A DNA stretch of 40,000 bases, from NCBI RefSeq assembly GCF_020873875.1, contig NZ_JAHWGU010000013.1, positions 52,955 to 92,954 of the forward strand, in the 5' to 3' direction. Numbering within the stretch: position 1 is the first letter of the stretch; each line of letters starts with the position of its first letter. This document shows positions 1-10,317 of this stretch, in pieces. Made by a program: the position numbers and the translations under genes. The notes below the pieces were generated by a model. The model was not told the origin of the DNA. It made no database searches and saw only the letters and a program-made list of their open reading frames with translations. Source of the DNA: Actinoplanes sp. DH11. Its GTDB lineage: Bacteria > Actinomycetota > Actinomycetes > Mycobacteriales > Micromonosporaceae.

Positions 1-795
1 CGGGCCACGCTGGACGCCTGCTCGAAGTACCCGTGGTTCCGCAAACCCGGTAATCGCAAGTTCGGGGTCTACGCCGACGACCGGCCCGTCTTCGCGTGGC
101 TCCGGGACGGCCGCGACGACGAGCGGCGCTGCCTGGAGGCCCAGGTGATGGACTGGGCCGACGACGTGGCGTACTCGGTGCACGACGTCGAGGACGGCAT
201 ACACGGCGGGTACCTCGACCTGGGCCCCCTGCTGCGTGACGACGGCGAGCGGGCCGGGCTCTGCGCCGACGTGGCCGCCACCTACTCCGCGGAGACCCCG
301 GACGAGCTGGGTGCCGCCCTCGACCAGCTGCTGGCCGACCCGGTGGTGGCGCAGGTCGCCGGCTACGACGGGGGGTACGCCGCCCAGGTGGCCCTGAAAC
401 GGATGACGAGTGTGCTGACCGGCCGATTCGTGGCGTCCGCGGTCGGCGCCACGCACAGCCGGTTCGGCACCGACCCGATGCGCCGCTACGACGCCGACCT
501 GATCGTGCCGCGAACGGTCCGCAATCAGTGCGCGCTGCTCAAGGGCATGGCGTTCCGGTATGTGATGCGGTCGCGGGCGGCCGAGAGCTGGTACGCCGAG
601 CAGCGGGTCATCCTGGTCGAGCTGGTGGACGCGCTGACCCGTACGCCGGACCGGCTCGACCCGCTCTTCGGCCCGTTGCATGCCGCCGCGGCGGATGACG
701 CCGCGGCACTGCGCGTGGTGATCGACCAGGTCGCGTCCCTCACCGACCACGCGGCCGTCGCGTGGCACCGATCGCTGGTGTCGGCGCGCCGCTAG
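1..795 (+). CDS. dgt: dGTP triphosphohydrolase-like HD-domain protein, C-terminal part (5' end outside window)
   Basis: Frame 1 is open from base 1. The translation ...CLEAQVMDWADDVAYSVHDVEDGIHGGY contains the DDVAYxxHDxEDG block typical of Dgt-family dNTPases. Stop TAG at 793-795. It lies directly upstream of dnaG, the usual actinobacterial synteny. Confidence 0.8.
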   Translation, partial: RATLDACSKYPWFRKPGNRKFGVYADDRPVFAWLRDGRDDERRCLEAQVMDWADDVAYSVHDVEDGIHGGYLDLGPLLRDDGERAGLCADVAATYSAETPDELGAALDQLLADPVVAQVAGYDGGYAAQVALKRMTSVLTGRFVASAVGATHSRFGTDPMRRYDADLIVPRTVRNQCALLKGMAFRYVMRSRAAESWYAEQRVILVELVDALTRTPDRLDPLFGPLHAAAADDAAALRVVIDQVASLTDHAAVAWHRSLVSARR

Positions 796-838
796 CCCCT
801 GGTGGCGGGTCCGCCCTCCGGCGAGGCAGGATGTAGCC

Positions 839-2689
839 GTGGCAGGCAGGGTCAAGGACGAAGACATCGCGCTGGTCCGGGACCGGTCCTCGATCGTCGA
901 CGTGATCAGCGAGACGGTGACGCTGCGGTCGGCCGGGGGCGGCAACCTCAAGGGCCTGTGTCCGTTTCATGACGAGAAGACGCCGTCCTTCAACGTGTCA
1001 CCCGCCCGGAATGTCTACTTTTGTCACGGCTGCGGCCAGGGTGGCGACGCGATCAAGTTCCTGATGGACGCGGAGCACCTGTCGTTCATCGAGTCGGTGG
1101 AGCGGCTGGCCGGCAAGGCCGGGATCCAGCTGCGCTACGACACCGACGCGCCCGGTTCGACGCTGCCCCGGCCGCAGACCGGCCAGCGGCAGCGGCTCCT
1201 CGCCGCGCACGCCGCCGCCGTCGAGTTCTACCGGGACCAGCTCGGTTCGCCGGGTGCCCGCAAGGCCCGCGAGTTCCTGGCCGCGCGCGGTTTCGGGCGC
1301 GACGCCGCCGAGAAGTACGGGTGCGGCTTCGCCCCGGACAGCTGGGACGCGCTCGCCAAGCACCTGCGGATGAAGGGTTTCACCGCCGAGGAGCTGACCA
1401 CGGCCGGCCTGTGCAAGCCGGCCCGGTCCGGCTCGCTGATCGACCGGTTCCGCCGCCGGCTGCTGTGGCCGATCCGGGACGTGAGCGGCGACGTGATCGG
1501 GTTCGGCGCGCGCAAGCTGTTCGACGACGACGACGGCCCGAAATACCTGAACACCCCCGAGACGCCGATCTACAAGAAGTCGCACGTGCTCTACGGCCTG
1601 GACCACGCGAAACGCGAGATCGCCAAGCGTGGCCGGGCGGTGATCGTGGAGGGCTACACCGACGTGATGGCCTGCCACGAGGCGGGGGAGCCGACCGCCG
1701 TGGCGACCTGCGGCACCGCGTTCGGCGTCGACCACATCCAGGTGCTGCGGCGCCTGCTGATGGACAGCGACAGCTTCACCGGCGAGATCATCTACACCTT
1801 CGACGGCGACGCGGCCGGGCAGAAGGCGGCGCTGCGGGCGTTCGAGGAGGATCAGCGCTTCGTCGGGCGTACCTTCATCGCGGTGTCACCCGACAACATG
1901 GACCCGTGCGACCTGCGCCTGGCCAAGGGTGATCTCGCCGTGCGCGACATGATCGCCGGGCGGGAGCCGCTCGTCGACTTCGCGCTGCGCCAGACCATCG
2001 GGCGGTTCGACCTGGACACCGTCGAGGGACGGGTCGAGGCGATGCGCCGTGCCGCCCCCCTGGTCGCCAAGATCAAGGACCGGGAGAAGCGCCCGGAGTA
2101 CGCGCGAAAGCTCGCCGGCGACCTCGGGATGGACCTGGAACCGGTGCAGCGGGCCGTCAACAACGCGCTGCGCGGTGAGCAGCCGGCGCCGCAGCGCACC
2201 CCGCAGGCCCCGGCCGACTCGCCGCAGCGGATGGTCGAGCGGGAGGCCCTGAAACTGGCCCTGCAGGAGCCGGTGCTGGCCGGGCCGATGTTCGACGCGC
2301 TCGGCCCGGAGAACTACGCCGACCCGGTGCTCGCCGCCGTGCGCGAGGCGATCGGTGACGCCGGTGGGGCGTCGGCGGCCACCGGCGGCGCCGTCTGGAT
2401 CGAGAAGGTCCGGGACAGCTGCGCCGATCTCGGCGGGCAGGTTCTGGTCAGCGAGCTCGCGGTCGAGCCGCTCTACGTCGACGGCGCGGTCGACCCGCGC
2501 TACGTGCAGGTCACCCTGGCCCGGCTCCAGGCGGCCGCACTGACCACCCGGATCCGGGAACTCAAGTCCAAGGTGCAGCGGCTCAACCCGGTGGCGCACA
2601 AGGATCAGTACCTCGCGCTCGCCGGGGAGCTCTTCTCGCTGGAACAGCAGGCGCGGGCCCTGCGTGATCAGGCGGCAGGTGGATTGTGA
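839..2689 (+). CDS. dnaG: DNA primase DnaG
   Basis: 616 aa with a GTG start. It has the N-terminal zinc-ribbon CPFHDEKTPSFNVSPARNVYFCHGCGQGGDAIKF, the TOPRIM block AVIVEGYTDVMA and YTFDGDAAGQKAA. GC3 is strongly biased in this frame. Confidence 0.97.
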   Translation: MAGRVKDEDIALVRDRSSIVDVISETVTLRSAGGGNLKGLCPFHDEKTPSFNVSPARNVYFCHGCGQGGDAIKFLMDAEHLSFIESVERLAGKAGIQLRYDTDAPGSTLPRPQTGQRQRLLAAHAAAVEFYRDQLGSPGARKAREFLAARGFGRDAAEKYGCGFAPDSWDALAKHLRMKGFTAEELTTAGLCKPARSGSLIDRFRRRLLWPIRDVSGDVIGFGARKLFDDDDGPKYLNTPETPIYKKSHVLYGLDHAKREIAKRGRAVIVEGYTDVMACHEAGEPTAVATCGTAFGVDHIQVLRRLLMDSDSFTGEIIYTFDGDAAGQKAALRAFEEDQRFVGRTFIAVSPDNMDPCDLRLAKGDLAVRDMIAGREPLVDFALRQTIGRFDLDTVEGRVEAMRRAAPLVAKIKDREKRPEYARKLAGDLGMDLEPVQRAVNNALRGEQPAPQRTPQAPADSPQRMVEREALKLALQEPVLAGPMFDALGPENYADPVLAAVREAIGDAGGASAATGGAVWIEKVRDSCADLGGQVLVSELAVEPLYVDGAVDPRYVQVTLARLQAAALTTRIRELKSKVQRLNPVAHKDQYLALAGELFSLEQQARALRDQAAGGL

Positions 2690-3210
2690 AGCTCTTCCGA
2701 CGGCGTCCCTCGTTACCGGCCGCGTCCCGGCCGCCGCTCGCCCCCTCGGAACGGGTCGTGGCCTGGTGCCTCGACTCCGCGGAGGGCGTGGTCGTGGCGA
2801 CCAACCACGGACTGTGGCTGCCGGGCGCGGCGTCGCGGCTGGGCTGGCACGAGATCCACAAGGTCGCCTGGTCCGGCCGGGAGTTGCGGATCATCCCGGC
2901 CGAGCCGGCCGAGGAACGGACCGGCTACACGGTGCTCACCGACGGCCCGGCCCTGACCTATCTGCTGCTGGAGCCGGGGGAGGTGCCCGACCAGGTGCGG
3001 ACCCGGGTGACCCGGTCGGTCGCGTACACGACGCATCACCCGCTGCCGACGGGCGCGGTCCGGGTGGTCGGGCGCCGCGTCAGCGGGCGCGACGGGCTCT
3101 CCTGGGCGGTCCGCTACGACGCGGGCACGCCGGCGGACGCCGACGAGGTGGTCGCGGCGACCGACGAGCTGGTGGGCGCCGCGCAGGACGCCACCACTCC
3201 CAGCGACTGA
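2686..3210 (+). CDS. hypothetical protein (conserved-looking, downstream of dnaG)
   Basis: 174 aa. The GTG start overlaps the dnaG stop (GTGA). This frame has high GC3, better than the overlapping 2664..3236 frame. I recognise no domain. Confidence 0.6.
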   Translation: MKLFRRRPSLPAASRPPLAPSERVVAWCLDSAEGVVVATNHGLWLPGAASRLGWHEIHKVAWSGRELRIIPAEPAEERTGYTVLTDGPALTYLLLEPGEVPDQVRTRVTRSVAYTTHHPLPTGAVRVVGRRVSGRDGLSWAVRYDAGTPADADEVVAATDELVGAAQDATTPSD

Positions 3211-3245
3211 GAAATCCTGTCGTACCCCCTCCTTAGGGTCGGGGT

Positions 3246-4189
<944 letters not shown>

Positions 4190-4190
<1 letters not shown>

Positions 4191-4948
4191 TGACCGCTTC
4201 GGCCTATGTGCTCGAATACCACCTGGTCAACTACCGCCGGACCTGGCGGTCGAGTGCTCTCTCCACGCTGGTGCTGCCGCTGCTCACCATGGTCGGTTTC
4301 GGTCTCGGCGTCGGCGGCTACGTGACCGGCGGTGTCGACGGCGTCAGCTATCTGGACTGGATGGTCCCCGGCCTGATCGCGTCGACCGCGGTGCAGGCCG
4401 CGATCGGCGAGTCGACCTGGCCGGTGCTCAGCTACTTCGAGTGGCTCAAGGTCTACTTCGCGCAGGCCGCGGCGCCGCTGCGGGTCGCCGACATCCTGGG
4501 CGGTCACCTCGCCTTCATGATGTTCCGGGTGCTGCTGAGTGTGGCGGCGTTCCTGCTGGTGGCAGCCCTGTTCGGCACGTTGCGGTCACCGTGGGCGGTC
4601 GCCGTGCTGCCGATCGCGGTGCTGACCGGGCTGGCGGTGGCGGCGCCTGTCACGGCCTACAGCGCGTCCGTCTCCAGCGACAGCTACCTGGCGATCCTGA
4701 TCCGGTTCGCGGTGCTGCCGATGTCGCTCTTCTCCGGGGTGTTCTTCCCGGTCGAGTCGCTGCCCGGGCCGTTGCGCGCGGTGGCCTACTTCCTGCCGCT
4801 CTGGCACGGCGTCGACCTGAGCCGGGCCGCGACGCTCGGGGTCGCCCCCGGCCTGGACGGCCTGTGGCAGCTGCTCTATCTGTTCGCCTGGTGCGCGGCG
4901 GGCTGGTTCCTCGCGCTGCGCCGGTTCCGCCGACGGCTGGTGGTGTGA
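4190..4948 (+). CDS. ABC-2 type transporter permease
   Basis: 252 aa, hydrophobic with multiple predicted TM helices. It is translationally coupled on both sides. Confidence 0.85.
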
Positions 4949-5757
4949 TGCTGACCCTGGTTCTGCCCCGACTTCTCTCGTTCGAGGGCATGGGGCGGCG
5001 GTCCGCCTCGGTGGCCGAGCGCAACGTGGCAGCCCTCGGCTCGGCGTACTGGCTGGTCATGCTCGGCGGCTTCCTCGAGCCGGTGCTCTACCTCTTCTCG
5101 ATCGGCGTCGGGGTGGGCAAGCTGATCGGCGACATCACGCTGCCCGGCGGCGAGGTGGTCGACTACGCGACGTTCGTGGCGCCGGCCATGCTCGCGGCCT
5201 CGGCGATGAGCGGGGCGCTCTCCGAGACGACCTTCAACTTCTTCGGGAAGATGAAGTTCATGCGGCTGTACGACGGGATGCTCGCCACGCCCGTCCGGCC
5301 GATCGAGATCGCCCTCGGTGAGCTCGGCTGGGCGATGATCCGCGGCAACATCTACTCCGCGGCGTTCCTGGTCATCATGGTCGCGATGGACCTGACGACG
5401 CCGGCACGCGCCCTGGCCGCCTTCCCCGCCACGGTCCTGGTCGGCTTCGCCTTCGGTGCGGCCGGCATGGCCACGGCCACCCTGATCCGCAGCTGGCAGG
5501 ACTTCGACCTGATCGGGTCGGCGCAGTTCGCGCTCTTCCTGTTCTCCGGCACGTTCGTCCCCGCCACGGCCTACCCCGAGGTGGTGCGCTGGCTGGTCGA
5601 GGTGACCCCGCTATACCGGTCCGTCGACCTGGTCCGCGGCATCACGACCGGCACGGTCGGCTGGATCCAGGTGGTCGACGTGCTCTATCTGCTCGTTCTG
5701 ACTGCTCTGGGCCTGACGGTGGCCGGCCGCCGGATGGGCCGGCTGCTCTGCAAATGA
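4948..5757 (+). CDS. ABC-2 type transporter permease (second subunit)
   Basis: ATG at 4948 overlaps the TGA of the previous gene (GTGATG). The product MLTLVLPRLLSFEG... is hydrophobic. The track ORF 3952..5757 is an upstream out-of-context extension of the same frame. Confidence 0.85.
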   Translation: MLTLVLPRLLSFEGMGRRSASVAERNVAALGSAYWLVMLGGFLEPVLYLFSIGVGVGKLIGDITLPGGEVVDYATFVAPAMLAASAMSGALSETTFNFFGKMKFMRLYDGMLATPVRPIEIALGELGWAMIRGNIYSAAFLVIMVAMDLTTPARALAAFPATVLVGFAFGAAGMATATLIRSWQDFDLIGSAQFALFLFSGTFVPATAYPEVVRWLVEVTPLYRSVDLVRGITTGTVGWIQVVDVLYLLVLTALGLTVAGRRMGRLLCK

Positions 5758-5804
5758 CACCGCCGCCGTCCCGCTCGGCGGGTCCCTGCGGCACGACGAC
5801 TGAA

Positions 5805-5854
5805 AAAGCCGAGGGCCGGCCGACCGCGTGTGCGATCGACCGGCCCTCGGCTTT
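5805..5854. terminator. bidirectional stem-loop between convergent genes
   Basis: A perfect 15-bp stem, AAAGCCGAGGGCCGG (5805-5819) paired with CCGGCCCTCGGCTTT (5840-5854). An A-run lies on the left and a T-run on the right. It sits between the permease stop (5757) and the yihY-like stop (5858). Confidence 0.75.
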
Positions 5855-5857
5855 CAC

Positions 5858-6973
5858 TCAGCCCTGGCTCAGGCCCTGCTCGCTGCCCTTCTTGAGCTTG
5901 CGGTCGTCACGCAGCTGCAGGAACGGCTCGTCGTCGGGGGAGTGGCCGGCGGCGATGGCCCGGCCGCGTTCCAGCTCCGCGTCCAGTTCGGCGCCGAGGA
6001 GGATGGCGATGTTCGAGATCCAGAGCCAGACCAGGAAGGCGATGACGCCACCCAGGGTGCCGTACGTCGCGTTGTAGTCGGCGAAGTTGGCGAGGTAGAT
6101 CGCGAACGCCGCGGAGGCGATCACCCACAGCAGCACCGCGAAGATGCCGCCCGGGCTCACCCAGCGGAAGCCGCCGGTCTTGGCGTTCGGCGACGCCCAG
6201 TAGAGCACCGCGAACATCAGGCTGACCAGCGCGATCAGGACCGGCCACTTGGCGATGTTCCAGGTGGTCACGGCGGCCGAGCCGAGCCCGATCCAGTCGC
6301 CGACGACCTGGGCGAGGTCACCGGTGAAGATGACGATCGCGGCCGAGGCGATCAGCATGACGCCGACCAGGGCGGTCACGCCGACCCGGATCGGCAGGGT
6401 CTTCCAGATCGGCCGGCCCTCCGGCACGTCGTAGATGGCGTTCGAGGCCCGCATGAACGCCGCGATGTAGCCGGACGCCGACCAGAAGGCGACGAGCACA
6501 CCGATGATCGCGGCGAGCCCGGCCTTGCCGGTGCCCTTGACCTGGCTGAGCACGGTGTCGACGAGGTCCCGCAGCTGCTGGTTCGGGGCCAGCTCGTTGA
6601 CCGCGTCGGTCACCGCCTTCTGCCCGTCGTTGCCGAGCAGACCCAGCAGCGAGACGATCACCAGCAGGCCGGGGAAGATGGACAGCACGCCGTAGTAGGT
6701 GAGTGCGGCCGCCCAGTCCGAGATGTTGTCCTCGGAGAACTGCTTGAAGGTCCGCTTCACCGCGGCGAAAAGGCCCTTCGACCGCAGCTCGCCAGGCCCG
6801 TCCGGGCCCGCGTCCGGGCTGGGGGCGGCAAGGTCGGGGGTACGGTCCTCGCCCGTCCTGGTGCTCGCGGCGGCGGACACGTCGTAGTCGGCGGCACCCC
6901 GGTCGCGGGCCTCGGAGGCGTCGCGGCCGCCCGCTGCCGCGGACTGCTTGTCATGGTCGGGGCGAAGTTTCAT
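5858..6973 (-). CDS. YihY/BrkB (ribonuclease BN-like) family membrane protein
   Basis: The block FKQFSEDNISDWAAALTYYGVLSIFPGLLVIVSLLG is typical of the YihY family, and the protein is multi-TM. I prefer ATG 6973 (MKLRPDHDK...) because AGGAGG lies 7 nt upstream. The track ORF extends to 7045. Confidence 0.85.
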   Translation of the reverse strand: MKLRPDHDKQSAAAGGRDASEARDRGAADYDVSAAASTRTGEDRTPDLAAPSPDAGPDGPGELRSKGLFAAVKRTFKQFSEDNISDWAAALTYYGVLSIFPGLLVIVSLLGLLGNDGQKAVTDAVNELAPNQQLRDLVDTVLSQVKGTGKAGLAAIIGVLVAFWSASGYIAAFMRASNAIYDVPEGRPIWKTLPIRVGVTALVGVMLIASAAIVIFTGDLAQVVGDWIGLGSAAVTTWNIAKWPVLIALVSLMFAVLYWASPNAKTGGFRWVSPGGIFAVLLWVIASAAFAIYLANFADYNATYGTLGGVIAFLVWLWISNIAILLGAELDAELERGRAIAAGHSPDDEPFLQLRDDRKLKKGSEQGLSQG

Positions 6974-7071
6974 CGAGGGCCTCCTGGGGCGGACCGGAGC
7001 ACTGCGCCGTTCGGCTTGCCGCGCCGTCCGCTGCGGCGGCGACATGCGACTACGGCATGTGCAGGGAGTTC

Positions 7072-7210
7072 CCCGTGTGGGTCCGCGCTAACCCGGCGCG
7101 GCCACTCCCGTGTGGTTCGGCCTCGACCCCGCTGGCTGGTCCCGTGTGGTTCGTCGTCAACTCAGCCTGGCCGGTCCCGTGCGGGTCGGCGTCCGGTGGC
7201 GGCGGATGAC
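7072..7210. repeat. four evenly spaced copies of CCCGTG(T/C)GG(G/T)TC(C/G)G, period 34-35 bp
   Basis: Motif starts are at 7072, 7107, 7141 and 7176. All lie in the divergent intergenic region between the yihY-like gene (start 6973, minus) and the ROK gene (start ~7361, plus). Confidence 0.7.
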
Positions 7211-7360
7211 GAAGTGCCCGGCGGGACTTTGTCGATCACTACGGCCAACTTTCGCCAATATTTGCAAAAGTTTGTGTTGATCAAGAAAAAGGTATGGCTC
7301 GATGAGGCGGAACCACCCTAGTGTGACCGGCGTAACAAGCTGTTAACGCCGGAGGTGTTC

Positions 7361-8545
7361 GTGTACCTGCCCGCGGCTCCCCACCTGCGACTCTTGCGCC
7401 TGCTGCGCGACGAGGGTCCGGTGTCCCGCGCCGAGCTCGGTGATCGTCTTGAGCTGAGCCGGCCCCGCCTGCTCGCCGAGGTCGCCCGACTCGTCGCCGC
7501 CGAGCTGATCGTCGAAGCGGGGATGGCGGCGTCCCGTGGCGGGCGCCGGTCGACCCTTGTCGAGTTGCACCCACGGCTGCGGTTCGCCGCGGTCGACATG
7601 GGTGCCACCTCGATCGACGTCGAGATCACGAACGGGCGGCTGGAACCGCTCGCGGCGTACCGGGAACCGGTCGACATCCGTTCCGGACCGAAGGCGATAC
7701 TGCAACGGGTCCACGATCTGCTCGCCAAGGCGAAGGTCGAGGGCGTCTACGAGAAGCTCGACGGGGTGGGTGTCGGTGTGCCCGGCCCGGTCAGTTTCCG
7801 TGACGGCGTCCCGGTCTCCCCGCCGATCATGCCGGGCTGGGACCGTTACCCGGTCCGGGAGCTGCTGACCCGGGAGTACGGCTGCCCGGCCGTGGTCGAC
7901 AACGACGTCAACATCATGGCGATCGGGGAGCGGCACGGTGGGGTCGCCCACTCGGTCGACGACTTCCTGTTCGTCAAGATCGGCACGGGCGTCGGCTGCG
8001 GCATCCACCTGGCCGGTGGCGTGTTCCGCGGGGTGGACGGTTGTGCCGGCGACATCGGGCACATCCAGGTCGAGACGAACGGCCCGGTCTGCACCTGCGG
8101 CAACACCGGGTGTCTGGAGGCCCTCTTCGGCGGTGCGGCACTGGCCCGGGACGCCCTGGCCGCGGCCCGGTCGGGGGAGTCGCCGGCGCTGGCCGCGCGG
8201 CTCGGTGACGGCCGCAAGGCCACGGTCACCGCGCGGGACGTCGCGGACGGCGCGGCCGAGGGTGACATCACCTGCATCCGGCTGATCCGCGACGGCGGCC
8301 GCCGGGTGGGCAGCGTGCTTGCCACCCTCGTCTCGTTCGCCAACCCGTCGATGATCGTCATCGGGGGCGGGCTGGCGCAGCTCGGTCATGTGCTGCTCGC
8401 CGAGATCCGCAGCGTGGTCTACCGCCGGTCCCTCCCGCTCGCCACCGGCAACCTGCCGGTGGTCCTCTCCGAACTGGGCAACCGGGCCGGGGTGACCGGC
8501 GCCGCGGTGCTGGCCAGCGACGCCGTCTTCGAGCAGGCGTCATGA
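7361..8545 (+). CDS. ROK family transcriptional regulator
   Basis: N-terminal wHTH (LRLLRLLRDEGPVSRAELGDRLELSRPRLLAEV), then a ROK sugar-kinase-like body with the Cys motif CTCGNTGCLEA. GTG 7361 has GGAGG 5 nt upstream. GTG 7355, the track start, is an alternative. Confidence 0.9.
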   Translation: MYLPAAPHLRLLRLLRDEGPVSRAELGDRLELSRPRLLAEVARLVAAELIVEAGMAASRGGRRSTLVELHPRLRFAAVDMGATSIDVEITNGRLEPLAAYREPVDIRSGPKAILQRVHDLLAKAKVEGVYEKLDGVGVGVPGPVSFRDGVPVSPPIMPGWDRYPVRELLTREYGCPAVVDNDVNIMAIGERHGGVAHSVDDFLFVKIGTGVGCGIHLAGGVFRGVDGCAGDIGHIQVETNGPVCTCGNTGCLEALFGGAALARDALAAARSGESPALAARLGDGRKATVTARDVADGAAEGDITCIRLIRDGGRRVGSVLATLVSFANPSMIVIGGGLAQLGHVLLAEIRSVVYRRSLPLATGNLPVVLSELGNRAGVTGAAVLASDAVFEQAS

Positions 8546-10293
8546 CCGGCCCGGAGGAAACCCGCCCGGAGGGAACCTGCTCGCCGGAGACCGACCCGGA
8601 GGAAACCCGCCCGGAGGGAACCCGCTCGCCGGAGACCGGCCCGGCGGAGGCCCGCTCGGCGGAGACCGGCTTGGCGGAGACCGGCTTGGCGGAGACCGGC
8701 TCGGCGGAGGTCCGCCCGGCGGAGGTCCGCCCGGCGGACGGCGCCCGGCCGGTGGAGATGGGAGACGACGGGCAGGGGGACGGCGACGTGGTGCTCCGGC
8801 TCCGCGACGTGGTCAAGGTCTTCCCCGGCGTACGCGCCCTCGACGGCGTCCAACTCGACGTCCGCGCCGGTGAGGTCCACTGTCTGCTCGGCCAGAACGG
8901 CGCCGGCAAATCCACCCTGATCAAGGTGCTGGCCGGTGTGCACCACGCCGACGCCGGTGAGGTGACCTGGCTGGGGGAGCAGTTCGCCCCGGCCACGCCG
9001 CAGGCCGCGATGCGGGCCGGGATCGCCACCATCTATCAGGAACTGGACCTGGTCGACGACCTGTCGGTGGCGGAGAACGCGTTCCTCGGGCACGAGCCGA
9101 GCCTTCTCGGCTTCACCCGCCGACGGGTCACCGCGTCCCGTACCAAAGAGATTCTGGCCCGGCTCGGCCACGCCGAGATCTCGCCGCGCCGGATGGTCCG
9201 CACCCTGCCGGCCGCCGCCAAGCAGGTGGTGAGCATGGCCCGCGCGCTCTCCCACGACGCCCGCCTGATCGTGATGGACGAGCCGAGCGCGGTGCTGGCC
9301 CACGACGAGGTGGACAACCTGTTCCGGATCATCCGGGAGCTGACGGCGAACGGGATCGCGGTCATCTACATCTCGCACCGGCTCGACGAGATCCGGGAGA
9401 TCGGTGACCGGGTGACGGTGCTGAAGGACGGCCGGACCACCGCGGCGAACCTGCCGGCGCGGACCACCCCGACCCGCGATCTGGTGGGCCGGATGACGGG
9501 CCGCTCCATCGAGTACGTCTTCCCGCCCCGCAGTGGTGAGCCGGGCAAGGATCCGCTGCTGGTGGTGGAGAACCTGACCCGGCACGGTGAGTTCGCCGAG
9601 GTGAGCCTGAGCGTGCGGCCCGGCGAGATCGTCGGGGTGGCCGGGCTGGTCGGTTCGGGGCGCTCGGAACTGCTGGAGACGATCTTCGGCGCCCGCCGGG
9701 CGGAGTCCGGCACGGTCACGGTCGAGGGCAAGGCGGTGCGTGGCGTCGGCGCCGCGGTCCGGGCCGGCATGGGGATGGCCCCGGAGGAGCGCAAGAGCCA
9801 GGCGCTGCTGCTCGACGAGCCGATCTACAAGAACATGACGCTCGCCTCGTTCTCCCGGTTCGCGAAGGTGGGCTTCACCGACGTGAGCGGGGAACGGGCG
9901 GCGGCCGAGCGGACCGCGGAGTCGCTGGAGCTGCGCCCGAAGGGGGACGTGAACCGTCCGATCCGGACGCTGTCCGGCGGCAACCAGCAGAAGGTCGTGG
10001 TCGGCCGCTGGCTGCTCGGCGGCACCCGGCTGCTGTTGCTCGACGAACCGACCCGGGGTGTCGACGTGGGCGCCCGGGCCGAGCTCTACCAGGTCATCCG
10101 CGGCTTGGCCGCGAACGGCGTGGGGGTGCTGCTGGTCTCCAGCGAGGTGCCCGAGGTGCTCGGTCTCGCCGACCGGGTGCTGGTGATGCGGGAGGGCCGG
10201 CTCATCCATGAGGCGCCGGCCGGCGAGATCGATGAGGACACCGTTCTGAACCTCGTGATGGCGGGGTCGCTTCTTGAAGGGGAACCGGCGTGA
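8542..10293 (+). CDS. sugar ABC transporter ATP-binding protein (two NBDs, RbsA/MglA-like); start uncertain
   Basis: NBD1 has GQNGAGKST. NBD2 has GLVGSGRSE, LSGGNQQK and LLLLDEPTRGVD. ATG 8542 overlaps the ROK stop (ATGA) and adds a 72-aa repeat-encoded tail. ATG 8758 (MGDDGQG..., GGTGGAG upstream) would give a conventional length. Confidence 0.9.
   Translation: MTGPEETRPEGTCSPETDPEETRPEGTRSPETGPAEARSAETGLAETGLAETGSAEVRPAEVRPADGARPVEMGDDGQGDGDVVLRLRDVVKVFPGVRALDGVQLDVRAGEVHCLLGQNGAGKSTLIKVLAGVHHADAGEVTWLGEQFAPATPQAAMRAGIATIYQELDLVDDLSVAENAFLGHEPSLLGFTRRRVTASRTKEILARLGHAEISPRRMVRTLPAAAKQVVSMARALSHDARLIVMDEPSAVLAHDEVDNLFRIIRELTANGIAVIYISHRLDEIREIGDRVTVLKDGRTTAANLPARTTPTRDLVGRMTGRSIEYVFPPRSGEPGKDPLLVVENLTRHGEFAEVSLSVRPGEIVGVAGLVGSGRSELLETIFGARRAESGTVTVEGKAVRGVGAAVRAGMGMAPEERKSQALLLDEPIYKNMTLASFSRFAKVGFTDVSGERAAAERTAESLELRPKGDVNRPIRTLSGGNQQKVVVGRWLLGGTRLLLLDEPTRGVDVGARAELYQVIRGLAANGVGVLLVSSEVPEVLGLADRVLVMREGRLIHEAPAGEIDEDTVLNLVMAGSLLEGEPA
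8551..8745. repeat. in-frame tandem repeats: 45-bp unit x2 (8551-8595, 8596-8640), then about 7 degenerate 15-bp units
   Basis: The two 45-bp copies differ at 2 positions. They are followed by CGGCGGAGACCGGC(T)T(G)G and CGGCGGAGGTCCGCC units. In the ABC ATPase frame this region translates to the low-complexity ETRPEGT.SPET.P / AETGL / AEVRP. Confidence 0.85.
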
Positions 10294-10317
10294 GTTTGCT
10301 TGCGAGGGGAGCGCGGC

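Noticed and set aside
5828-7321. 497-aa plus-strand ORF
   Set aside because: It is antisense to the YihY-family gene and runs on through the intergenic repeat array. Its composition (R/G/D/P/E) is not protein-like, and the minus-strand gene has an AGGAGG RBS and family motifs.
7072-8745. Possible CRISPR arrays (the 35-bp-period motifs at 7072-7210 and the tandem repeats at 8551-8745)
   Set aside because: The first has only a ~14-bp conserved core and four copies. The second has contiguous units with no spacers and is in-frame coding-like. No cas genes lie in the window.
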